Positions 1-8,122 of a stretch of DNA of 64,000 bases are shown here, one piece after another (within the stretch, counting starts at the first letter, position 1; the number at the start of each line of letters is the position of its first letter). The notes under the pieces are model-generated. The model searched no databases. It saw only the letters and a program-made list of their open reading frames with translations, and was not told the DNA's origin. Where the stretch lies: UHGV virus genome UHGV-0132893, one strand, 5' to 3'. Made by a program: the position numbers and the translations under genes. This DNA comes from a virus.

Positions 1-939
1 TTCTTTAGGAGCTACAAAATCTCTGGGAATGCCAAACATATCATACAGTGGGGCAGCATTATAGTAAACCCACTCATGAAGAAGTTTTGTATTTAAGCCA
101 ACTACAGCACGTCCTTCGGAGAAGATATAATACGACCATTTCTCTTCACTTTCAACTACTTCATCTAAGATTACTTTAATCTCTGGAAGAATTTGTTGAA
201 AAGCTTTCTGCCACTCATCATCTCTTAAAGTTTCTTTTAAAACTTCAATATCAATTTTAGTGTGAAGGATTTCGTCAAGCATAATTTTCTGGACAGCTTG
301 AGCAATACCCTGAAATTTATCTTGAGCATCAAGTGCAAAAGTACATGCAAAGGATGCCATAAAAGATATACCTTCAAGTGCAGTCACTGCAAACAGCCCT
401 TTCAGAATCGCTTTATGGAAGTGTAGAGGGTCTTTGTCCAGAAGTGAATCACGGACATAACTCAGGCGATAGTTTATACCTTCATCCAGTAATTCTTCAA
501 GAACACGATTCACAGTTTTTAATCGGTCTTGTACAGCAACATTCTGGTTAATCTCATCTAAGATTGTTTCAGGGTTTTTAATACATTGCCTTACAATCTC
601 TGAGTAAGTAAGAGCATGTAGGTTTTCAATCTCAGACTGCTTCATAATTGCAGTTGCATAGATGTCATCAGAGATGAATGGTGCAAAGGCGAATGCCAAG
701 CTCTTAGCAACTTGGGTATCTGCTTCCCACTGCCACTTAAGAATCTCAAGCATTACACCTGACATTGATGCTGGCACACTCTCAAAATCAAGACGTGATT
801 GTTCAAAAGGAAACTCATCTTCTGACCAGTCTTGCGCTTTTTGTTGTTTATATAGCTCAAAGATTTTTGGGTAGTGTTTATTAAGTGAGTCAAATGTCTT
901 TCTCTCACCACCTAAAAAGATTGGGTGTTGGTTAATCAT
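1..939 (-). CDS. nrdB: ribonucleotide reductase class I beta subunit (NrdB), 3' end outside window
   Basis: Minus-strand frame from ATG at 939-937 translates MINQHPIFLGGERKTF...LEGISFMASFA...; R2-type diiron protein pattern; frame runs off window start. Confidence 0.8.
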   Translation of the reverse strand, partial: MINQHPIFLGGERKTFDSLNKHYPKIFELYKQQKAQDWSEDEFPFEQSRLDFESVPASMSGVMLEILKWQWEADTQVAKSLAFAFAPFISDDIYATAIMKQSEIENLHALTYSEIVRQCIKNPETILDEINQNVAVQDRLKTVNRVLEELLDEGINYRLSYVRDSLLDKDPLHFHKAILKGLFAVTALEGISFMASFACTFALDAQDKFQGIAQAVQKIMLDEILHTKIDIEVLKETLRDDEWQKAFQQILPEIKVILDEVVESEEKWSYYIFSEGRAVVGLNTKLLHEWVYYNAAPLYDMFGIPRDFVAPKE

Positions 940-1193
940 AGTGTGATTTCTCCTTTCTTTATCATTTCTAAGGCTTGTTTTCGGTCTAGAACTTCCCAAT
1001 TCTCTTTGTTAAACATCTCATAAGGTCTTGCGTAGATTTTACCATCTGCTGTAGAGATGTAAGAGGCTCCAGTGACCCATAAGTCATCATTCTGCTTTAT
1101 CATGATACCTGTGCTGCTCACATAGTACAATGCTTTGCGGGGTTTGTAGAGCAAGTATATTGGTCGCTCATGTTTTTCTATTAAATCTTTCAT
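936..1193 (-). CDS. hypothetical protein between nrdA and nrdB
   Basis: ORF track 936..1277; start moved to internal Met (MKDLIEK) at 1193 with GGAG upstream; stop overlaps nrdB ATG (ATGA). Confidence 0.35.
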   Translation of the reverse strand: MKDLIEKHERPIYLLYKPRKALYYVSSTGIMIKQNDDLWVTGASYISTADGKIYARPYEMFNKENWEVLDRKQALEMIKKGEITL

Positions 1194-1248
1194 GGTCTCT
1201 CCAAAGTTATTTTTAGAGGGTCTTTTACGACCCTCATAGTTGTTAAAA

Positions 1249-3483
1249 CTAAACACCGCAGCCCTCGCAATAAGCATCTTGCAGTGCAGATTTACCTACA
1301 CCAATGCGACTGTTAAGGTAGTACATGGTTTTCATACCTACCGAGTTGGCATAAATCATGTACTTCAAAGCTTGAGCCAATGATACCTTCTTAGCTTTTG
1401 CGTAGTCAACATAGAAATCTGAAGAGATAGCTTGACCAGTGAACTTTTGAACAATTGCATAACAATCAATCAGGTCAAAGGTGTCAATACCCCAAGCAAT
1501 TTCATATACATACTTCAACTCTTCATAATCTGGAACAATAAACAACACGTTACCAGTTGCAGACTTTTTAGTTAAAATAAAGTCACGAATTGGGTACAAG
1601 CCATTTGTCGTATTAGTTGCTAGTGAAGAACTCTCATTAGGCATGTAAGCTTCTAATACAGAGTTTCGGATTCCACCATTTTCTTTGATACGTTGTGCTA
1701 AGTCATCCCAATCATATCGTAGTTTTGCATCATGCTTTTCATCAATCTTCTTATTGGCTGTCTTTGGAGGAACCCAGCCTTCAGGATACTTAGTGAACTG
1801 CATATACTCAGGTACACCACGTTCTTTAGCAAGTCTCAGAGAGGCTTCGTGTAAGTAGTAAGAGTGCATCTCTGCAAGTTCATGAAGCTTTGTCTTACCT
1901 GCTCGTGAAGAGTAGTTCACGTAGTTCTTCGCAAGGTAATGAGCCACATTTGTAAGGCCAATCCCAACAGAACGACGCTTCTGAACATGGTTACGCATCG
2001 ACGGATACGGATAATCCATAAGGTCAATAACGGAGTCAACCATTGCAAGAGCATAATAAGCAACGTCAGCGTATTCATCTTCTGAAATTCTCCCTGCAAC
2101 CAAACTAGCTAGGAAGCAAAGAGCCACCTCACCATCCTCTTTCACAGCATCGTCTCTGTAAAGGTCTGTCTCTTTCTCAAAACCATACACTGGCAACACA
2201 ATTTCCATACAAAGATTTGACATCTTCAATGGTTCTTTAAATGGTGTATGTGTGTTTGCATTGTTAGTGAAGAATGGATACACACGACCTGTAGCATAAC
2301 GCTGTTGAATAAACAGCTTAGCAATTTCACGAGCCTTGACTCGTCTGTGCTTAACTCCTGAATGTACTGCGTGACCAACTGCCATAGCAAACTCATCAGC
2401 AGATGCTGTGTAGAACATGTCATAGAGTTTTGGTGCATCTTTGTAAGAGAATAGCAACCAATCTGTATCATACTGAACACACTGCCAGAAATAATCGTTT
2501 GTGCCGAATGAGTAGTCCATCTCATTAATACGTTTAGAAGGAACCGTTGTAGGGTGCTTCAAACGCAGTAAATCTTCAATCTGCGGGTCTAGAGCAGTGT
2601 AGAAGTTATTAGCTGAACCGCCACGACTCTTCTGTTTGTTTGCCTCTACAGATGAACGTACAAGCTTGTAATAAGGTAGTTTACCCATGTGCTCAATCGT
2701 ATTTTGACGGATACCATCACCAATAGTACGTGTCTCCATCAGCATACCAATACCAGCTTGCTTTGTGGTCATATCATAAGCAACCTTTGCAGCAATACCA
2801 AGAGACTCAGCAGTATCATTTGCCTTAATCAAACAGCATGACGCATAGCCCGATTTAGTTGCTCTTAACCCGTTTAAATAGGGCGTAGGAGCGTTAATCT
2901 TCAGGTCAGATAGGTAAGTGTACAGCTTGATAACATCTTGCAGTCTACGGTGCTTTGGTTGCTTCTCAAAGGCTTTCATAGCCATACCCATGAACATAAA
3001 TTGTGGTGACTCAAACAGTCTTCCCGTTTTAATATCACGGATACCGTACTTGTCTCTGAACTGTTTCAAGACTGCATAACCGTAAGAGATATCTTTTGAG
3101 TGCACGATGTAACCTTGCAGGTATTCAAGCTCTTCCTGTGAATAATCCATCTTCTCCCAAAGTCCTGCTCTCTCCATATTTTTAACGAAGGTAATCAGCG
3201 TAGGAACCTTAGTAAAGCCTCCAAAGGCTTCTTTGTAGATAATACCCAAAAGCAGTCGTCCAGCCATATCTGAGTACTCTTGAGTTTGTTTATCAACACA
3301 AACATCAATCATGGCTTGGTGCATCTCTTTTGTAGTGCAACCCTCATAGACACGTTTCATAGCTTCCATAGTGACTTCTGACCAGATAATTCCACGTTTA
3401 TCTGCCCATGATGCCCACTTATTCAGTCTTTCTGGGTCAAAGCTTACTACTGTACCATTTGATTTTTTAATTGTCTTAATCAT
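1249..3483 (-). CDS. nrdA: ribonucleotide reductase class I alpha subunit (NrdA)
   Basis: 744-aa ORF; N-terminal ATP-cone-like segment (VVSFDPERLNKWASWADKRG), C-terminal CEGCGV cysteines; adjacent to nrdB. Confidence 0.85.
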   Translation of the reverse strand: MIKTIKKSNGTVVSFDPERLNKWASWADKRGIIWSEVTMEAMKRVYEGCTTKEMHQAMIDVCVDKQTQEYSDMAGRLLLGIIYKEAFGGFTKVPTLITFVKNMERAGLWEKMDYSQEELEYLQGYIVHSKDISYGYAVLKQFRDKYGIRDIKTGRLFESPQFMFMGMAMKAFEKQPKHRRLQDVIKLYTYLSDLKINAPTPYLNGLRATKSGYASCCLIKANDTAESLGIAAKVAYDMTTKQAGIGMLMETRTIGDGIRQNTIEHMGKLPYYKLVRSSVEANKQKSRGGSANNFYTALDPQIEDLLRLKHPTTVPSKRINEMDYSFGTNDYFWQCVQYDTDWLLFSYKDAPKLYDMFYTASADEFAMAVGHAVHSGVKHRRVKAREIAKLFIQQRYATGRVYPFFTNNANTHTPFKEPLKMSNLCMEIVLPVYGFEKETDLYRDDAVKEDGEVALCFLASLVAGRISEDEYADVAYYALAMVDSVIDLMDYPYPSMRNHVQKRRSVGIGLTNVAHYLAKNYVNYSSRAGKTKLHELAEMHSYYLHEASLRLAKERGVPEYMQFTKYPEGWVPPKTANKKIDEKHDAKLRYDWDDLAQRIKENGGIRNSVLEAYMPNESSSLATNTTNGLYPIRDFILTKKSATGNVLFIVPDYEELKYVYEIAWGIDTFDLIDCYAIVQKFTGQAISSDFYVDYAKAKKVSLAQALKYMIYANSVGMKTMYYLNSRIGVGKSALQDAYCEGCGV

Positions 3484-3500
3484 TTTCGAATCCTACAGAT

Positions 3501-3524
3501 GAAAAGAGCCTCCGAAGAGGCTCC
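3501..3524 (-). terminator. rho-independent terminator-like hairpin
   Basis: gagcctc-cgaa-gaggctc stem-loop followed by T-run on minus strand, downstream of ORF 3530..3865. Confidence 0.45.
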
Positions 3525-3529
3525 CTAGT

Positions 3530-3865
3530 TTAAATCTTGAAAATTTGCTCATTCTGCCACATATCGTAAAACTTATCACTTACTTTTGTGATAGACGAAG
3601 CGTGCATACAATTTAAGAGCCATGATGGAGTCTTGCTATCCATGATTATTTTGAGCTTTTGTGCGACGTTGCCATCCATATCTGAAACAACATAATTACC
3701 GCGTATTTTACATACAACTTTTCCAAACAAGATTGCACTTCTTCCTCTTCGGTCATCACAGTACATAACTGTGTCTCCGTGTTTAACGTCCCGTCCGAGA
3801 CTGTCAACACCTAATTTAGCACCAGAGATAATGGCATCGTAATCTAACTTCTTTGCTTTAAACAC
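3530..3865 (-). CDS. hypothetical protein
   Basis: 111-aa ORF, tightly packed in minus-strand operon. Confidence 0.4.
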   Translation of the reverse strand: MFKAKKLDYDAIISGAKLGVDSLGRDVKHGDTVMYCDDRRGRSAILFGKVVCKIRGNYVVSDMDGNVAQKLKIIMDSKTPSWLLNCMHASSITKVSDKFYDMWQNEQIFKI

Positions 3866-4190
3866 GGTATTTCTCCAAGTTTCTTTTTAGATATAACCAA
3901 CCGTAGTCAGTCCTTTCTACACCCATAAAAAGTGGAGCCATCACAACTTTACCAAAAGTATTCCTGTGTTGGCAGATTTCAAAAGAATACTCTTTCTCAA
4001 TGTCAATCCCGTATTTGTACAGGACTGCTTTTAAAACTTGTTCATTATCCAGAAGTGTATCTGGAGTCTCACCATACTTTTCAAGTAACGGGTCATTCAT
4101 AAACACCGTCATAGAAATATTGTAGTTTGAGAAGTGGCTCTTCTGAGCCACACCCTCTTTATTAATGTTCTGTGAATCCATTATAACCAA
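3858..4190 (-). CDS. hypothetical protein
   Basis: 110-aa ORF, overlaps neighbours by a few nt. Confidence 0.4.
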   Translation of the reverse strand: MVIMDSQNINKEGVAQKSHFSNYNISMTVFMNDPLLEKYGETPDTLLDNEQVLKAVLYKYGIDIEKEYSFEICQHRNTFGKVVMAPLFMGVERTDYGWLYLKRNLEKYRV

Positions 4191-4917
4191 CCCCTTTTAA
4201 CCAGCACTTCAGGTTATTAGCATCATAATTCAGTTTCGGGTATGAGGTTACATGGAACTGCTCACCATCATAGTAGACAATATCTGCAATCCATAGTCCA
4301 TTCTCTTTACAGAAGTCTTTATCTGCTTTAGAGGTAATTGGATTAACTTCTACAAAACCATCTACACCCAAATCCTTTAAGCTACCTACAATACCTTTGC
4401 AGATAACGCATGTCTCAGATACTACCACAAAAAGTTCTTGGCTTTCAAGCTCTACAATGTATTCACCAAGCTGTACTTTAGGGAGATTTGATTGCTTCAT
4501 AATCTTCCCATCGGCTGCACGGACAATCGCATACCACTCTTTACCATCAACCACTGACATTCGAATAATACACTCTTGACCAGTACGCTTTTCAATGTCT
4601 GCAAGACGTTTTAAAGCTTCTTCATAGTCATCTGTGTACTTCAGGTCATTATTATGGCAAACAGCTTCCATAGCACCGTTGTGGTCATGTTGTGACAGGT
4701 AAATCAAACCGTCAAGAACATATTGCAAATCTACCTGAGCATCCAATGTCTCAATGGGGTCTTTCTCTTCAATTGCTTTTACAAGCTCTTTTGCTTCTTC
4801 AAGCATACACAGAGATTGAGATTTTAAAGATTCCCAATACTCATTACTGTAAGGTTGCTTTTGAGTGTTTCCACAACGAAGGTTCCAGTTTTTTACTGAT
4901 TCTCTTGAGTTAAACAT
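4162..4917 (-). CDS. hypothetical protein (N-terminal MazG-like pattern possible)
   Basis: 251-aa ORF; N-terminal helix-rich EEAKELVKAIEEKD...DAQVDLQYVLDGL segment resembles all-alpha NTP pyrophosphohydrolases; not verified. Confidence 0.4.
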   Translation of the reverse strand: MFNSRESVKNWNLRCGNTQKQPYSNEYWESLKSQSLCMLEEAKELVKAIEEKDPIETLDAQVDLQYVLDGLIYLSQHDHNGAMEAVCHNNDLKYTDDYEEALKRLADIEKRTGQECIIRMSVVDGKEWYAIVRAADGKIMKQSNLPKVQLGEYIVELESQELFVVVSETCVICKGIVGSLKDLGVDGFVEVNPITSKADKDFCKENGLWIADIVYYDGEQFHVTSYPKLNYDANNLKCWLKGVGYNGFTEH

Positions 4918-5156
4918 TCGGACTCCTTAAAATATCTGTTAACTTTTAGCTCTCGTGTTTCAATATATTCTAGATGCTCACGTAGCTCTTGGCGTTTAAG
5001 CATTAGGTGCTGCATTTGTGATTCAACAGCTTCAACTTCTTTAATTATTGATTCTCTAGCATTTGCAAGAATGCGCTCAAGTTCTTCAATCTTACTGTCA
5101 ACTTTTGCTACATGATTCACAGCTTTGCTTTTGTTAAACATTTTATTCTCTCTCAA
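4893..5156 (-). CDS. hypothetical coiled-coil protein
   Basis: 87-aa ORF rich in heptad-like E/K/L residues. Confidence 0.35.
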   Translation of the reverse strand: MRENKMFNKSKAVNHVAKVDSKIEELERILANARESIIKEVEAVESQMQHLMLKRQELREHLEYIETRELKVNRYFKESECLTQENQ

Positions 5157-5162
5157 TAGTTA

Positions 5163-5660
5163 TCAAGCACAATTTGCTTTCATTACCTTATGGATTCTTT
5201 TTTCAGCATCTTCATAAGTTTCTTTAGTAATAAACTTAATTGCTGCAATATTGGCATTGTAGAAGAGTCTGAGCTTCGAGTCAATCCTTTTTGTCATTAC
5301 ATCGAATTTATGTTGAAGGTTTGCTTCACCATAGACTAGGCCACCTTTTGTGTAGTAGGTCTGAATGATGTAAAAGTCAAAAAATTCTTTTCCAAAGCTC
5401 TCAATATCTTTTTTAATATACTCAGAAGAAGTCTCGTAAGTCATCCAATCACTCTCCTTAGTGACTACCTTCTTCCGAGTCTTCCCAGCAACTTTTCTTT
5501 TTGTCACACTGTTAAGCTGTTTCTTTCCGATATAATATTGTCCAGTCTTCTTACAGTGCACTAAATAGACAAAGCCAAAATGTTTAGTGGGGTCAACTTC
5601 CCCACATAAAGATACCCAATGACCGTAGGTGGGGCAATTGCCAAATCCTTTAATCTTCAT
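5163..5660 (-). CDS. GIY-YIG domain nuclease (possible homing endonuclease)
   Basis: FGFVYLVHCKKTGQYYIGKK matches GIY-(10-11)-YIG spacing of GIY-YIG nucleases. Confidence 0.5.
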   Translation of the reverse strand: MKIKGFGNCPTYGHWVSLCGEVDPTKHFGFVYLVHCKKTGQYYIGKKQLNSVTKRKVAGKTRKKVVTKESDWMTYETSSEYIKKDIESFGKEFFDFYIIQTYYTKGGLVYGEANLQHKFDVMTKRIDSKLRLFYNANIAAIKFITKETYEDAEKRIHKVMKANCA

Positions 5661-6690
5661 TCATACACGGCTCCCAATTATATTTCTTGAAAGAGAAATT
5701 GTCTTTTGGATTTCTCTCTTGATATGCTATCCAGAAATGCTGTTCCATTAACTCTAATGGTGTTTTGGTAACAGTCTGTCCATCCCATGACACATAGGTA
5801 TAAGAATCTTTTTTAGCATAAAGTTCATAGATAGCGTCAAGACACTCTTTGTAGGTCTCTTTACCCTCTAAAGCATTCATCACAGCTACTTTACCAGCAC
5901 CTTTTAGGCCGAAGTAGTTGTCTGCATTATCTCCAGCAACAGCCTGATAACACAAGAATTTAAAACCTACGCCAACTGTTTTTGCAGCTTTTGGTTTTGA
6001 TTTGATAGGGCAATCCCAGATATCACCAACATTATTGTCAGCAATAAAAATTAGTGGTGACTTTTCATAAGTCATATCAATACAATAAGTTCCTTCAGCT
6101 TGTCGAAGGTCTTTGTCAATACTCATAAGAGCAGCTTTCTTACCCATCTTTTCAGCTTTAGCGATTACGATTGAATCGGCTTCGAAGCCCCCCTTTAAGA
6201 GCTTAAACTCTGGTCTTGACAGAAGGTATTCACGACAAGCAACTAAGTGTGTTGGTGTGACAGCATCTTTACGGTTGCCTTGATATTGGTGCTCAAGACC
6301 TTTAACGTCTTTATGTTTATGCACACCTTTCTCTGTTAAATAGCCTACCCAAGTTCTCTCTTTCCCAACAACCTTAAGCCATTCCTGAAGCACCTGTTGA
6401 GTAGCCATGATAGCTTCTTTTTCACTCTTAGCTTCTTTCCAAGTCTGTCTTTCCCATTCATCTTCATCAAATGTCAGGCCAAGCTCTTCCACAAGGATTC
6501 TCTGGTCTGCTAACCATCTTGCAGCATCTTTCGCATTATCAAATGGTTCAGATTCTTCTGCTGTGAGTTTATTAACGTATTTATACTTTGCTTTCTCAAC
6601 TACACAAGCACCTTTATAGGCAATGCTGTCAGAGTCAATAAAGACATGTGTAACTGAATCGGGAAGCTTTGTTAATGTGTACTTCTCCAT
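5650..6690 (-). CDS. 5'-3' exonuclease / flap endonuclease (FEN, RNase H-like)
   Basis: N-terminal VFIDSDSIAYKGA (acidic PIN-like motif) and AGDNADNYFGLKGAGKVA (H3TH GDxSDN-like motif). Confidence 0.65.
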   Translation of the reverse strand: MEKYTLTKLPDSVTHVFIDSDSIAYKGACVVEKAKYKYVNKLTAEESEPFDNAKDAARWLADQRILVEELGLTFDEDEWERQTWKEAKSEKEAIMATQQVLQEWLKVVGKERTWVGYLTEKGVHKHKDVKGLEHQYQGNRKDAVTPTHLVACREYLLSRPEFKLLKGGFEADSIVIAKAEKMGKKAALMSIDKDLRQAEGTYCIDMTYEKSPLIFIADNNVGDIWDCPIKSKPKAAKTVGVGFKFLCYQAVAGDNADNYFGLKGAGKVAVMNALEGKETYKECLDAIYELYAKKDSYTYVSWDGQTVTKTPLELMEQHFWIAYQERNPKDNFSFKKYNWEPCMNED

Positions 6691-6705
6691 TATGGCTCTC
6701 CATAT

Positions 6706-6735
6706 GAAAAAGCCCCATACTAAGTACAGGGCTTT
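6706..6735 (-). terminator. rho-independent terminator-like hairpin
   Basis: aagccc...gggctt stem with T-run on minus strand just downstream of ORF 6753..7610. Confidence 0.4.
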
Positions 6736-6752
6736 AAAGTAACTTTTAGAGA

Positions 6753-7610
6753 TTAGTCTTCTGTATCGAAGTCTTCATCTTCTTCGTCATCTGGGTCTGG
6801 CAAGTCTTCATCGTCACCATCATCAGAATCATTCGAAGATTTATGGTCTGTTGCGTCTTCTTCAGTGATTTCACCGTTATCTTCGACACCATCAAGACCA
6901 AGCATAGCCAGTTCATCTTCATCCAGTTCAGGTTCACCGTTAGCACCGTTACCACCAGTGTAAGGTACAAGAGTATCAATGATAAACTGTTCCTGAATAG
7001 GCTTTGTCAAGACATTGTTCTCAAAAGTGTAGAAGTGAGTAGAAAGAATCACACTACCAAAAGAACCGTTACCAACTGCAATATCTGGATGAATTACATC
7101 ATAGTTCTTATCATCTTCATGTTTGTCAGATGCTTGAGCTTTGATTTTCTTCATCGGCTGCTTAACAGCTACACGCTTACCATTTACTTCTTCAATCAGC
7201 ATTACAGGGAATGACTGTTTAGCTGTCCATACAGCACCATCTTTATAAGCTGCTGCACGACTTACTTTCAAGATGTAGTAAGTGTCTGCTTCAAATGGTG
7301 GTTTGCAACCAAACTTCTCTTCGAAGTCATCTGCATCAACTGCTTCAGTGGTAACTTTATCCCAACCTTCTGGGTTTTTCTTAGACTTAGTAAACTCTTT
7401 AAACAGCTTGTTACCATCTTCTGCCAGAATTGAAACGCTGTAGTTACAATCTTTTCCTGGGAATTTCTTATCAATAGACTTACCTTTTCCCGGACGTGGT
7501 GAAGTATTCAGGTAATAAAACCAGACATCTTTCAGCAGGTAACGCAGAGTTTGACGTTCAGTACCATTGTACTTCTCTACCGGAGCTTTCATTTTAACAA
7601 CTTTAGACAT
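6753..7610 (-). CDS. putative single-stranded DNA-binding protein (acidic C-terminal tail)
   Basis: 285-aa ORF ending DDGDDEDLPDPDDEEDEDFDTED; SSB-like acidic tail; in replication gene block. Confidence 0.45.
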   Translation of the reverse strand: MSKVVKMKAPVEKYNGTERQTLRYLLKDVWFYYLNTSPRPGKGKSIDKKFPGKDCNYSVSILAEDGNKLFKEFTKSKKNPEGWDKVTTEAVDADDFEEKFGCKPPFEADTYYILKVSRAAAYKDGAVWTAKQSFPVMLIEEVNGKRVAVKQPMKKIKAQASDKHEDDKNYDVIHPDIAVGNGSFGSVILSTHFYTFENNVLTKPIQEQFIIDTLVPYTGGNGANGEPELDEDELAMLGLDGVEDNGEITEEDATDHKSSNDSDDGDDEDLPDPDDEEDEDFDTED

Positions 7611-7646
7611 TATTTAAACCTCTATCTCAATTTATGAAGAGTACCA

Positions 7647-7675
7647 ATTCTAATTTGTTGATACTCTATTGTCAA
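7647..7675 (-). promoter_or_regulatory. sigma70-type promoter (TTGACA-N17-TAGAAT) for ORF 6753..7610
   Basis: minus strand reads TTGACAatagagtatcaacaaatTAGAAT about 35 nt upstream of ATG at 7610. Confidence 0.5.
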
Positions 7676-7682
7676 ACATTAA

Positions 7683-7832
7683 TTACTGGAAGTTGTGCTT
7701 ATCTTTAGAAGCTGCTTTACGTGCAGTTTTTCCAGTTCTTACACGTTTTTCTTCATAGTATTTTGCTGGTTTTCCAGCAGTGGCTTTTAAAGAGTCCCCA
7801 AAAACTTTTTCAAATGCTTTAGAGTGTTTCAT
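7683..7832 (-). CDS. small basic protein (49 aa), not in ORF track
   Basis: MKHSKAFEKVFGDSLKATAGKPAKYYEEKRVRTGKTARKAASKDKHNFQ; GGAGAA SD 7 nt upstream. Confidence 0.3.
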   Translation of the reverse strand: MKHSKAFEKVFGDSLKATAGKPAKYYEEKRVRTGKTARKAASKDKHNFQ

Positions 7833-8122
7833 GATATTCTCCGATATACTTGATATTCAAACACATTTTCTTTCATTATAAACAGCCAACCAATATTATG
7901 TTCAGGTATAGTAATAGTGACTGTGATAATACTGTGATGGAACTTTTCTTCTACCTCAACACCCCCATCACATTTCATGTAGAGCATTCTATAGAACCTA
8001 TCAATCTTTGTCAAACACTCTTCCTGAAATTTATTTAAACTTTTTTCTTCAAAGAAGGGTGTGAACCCCTCTCTTTTATAACTATCACTCAGTTTCAAAC
8101 GGGCAGTCATCTGCATCCTCAC
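7829..8122 (-). CDS. hypothetical protein
   Basis: 97-aa ORF between primase-helicase and small basic ORF. Confidence 0.35.
   Translation of the reverse strand: MRMQMTARLKLSDSYKREGFTPFFEEKSLNKFQEECLTKIDRFYRMLYMKCDGGVEVEEKFHHSIITVTITIPEHNIGWLFIMKENVFEYQVYRRIS

Noticed and set aside
662-874. 70-aa plus-strand ORF
   Set aside because: Antisense to the nrdB coding region.
1917-2525. Nested antisense or alternate-frame ORFs inside nrdA (1917..2099, 2226..2525)
   Set aside because: Fully contained within a well-supported 744-aa gene, low-complexity translations, no SD; the same reasoning applies to nested ORFs inside the DNA polymerase, tape measure, tail fibre, capsid, portal and terminase genes.
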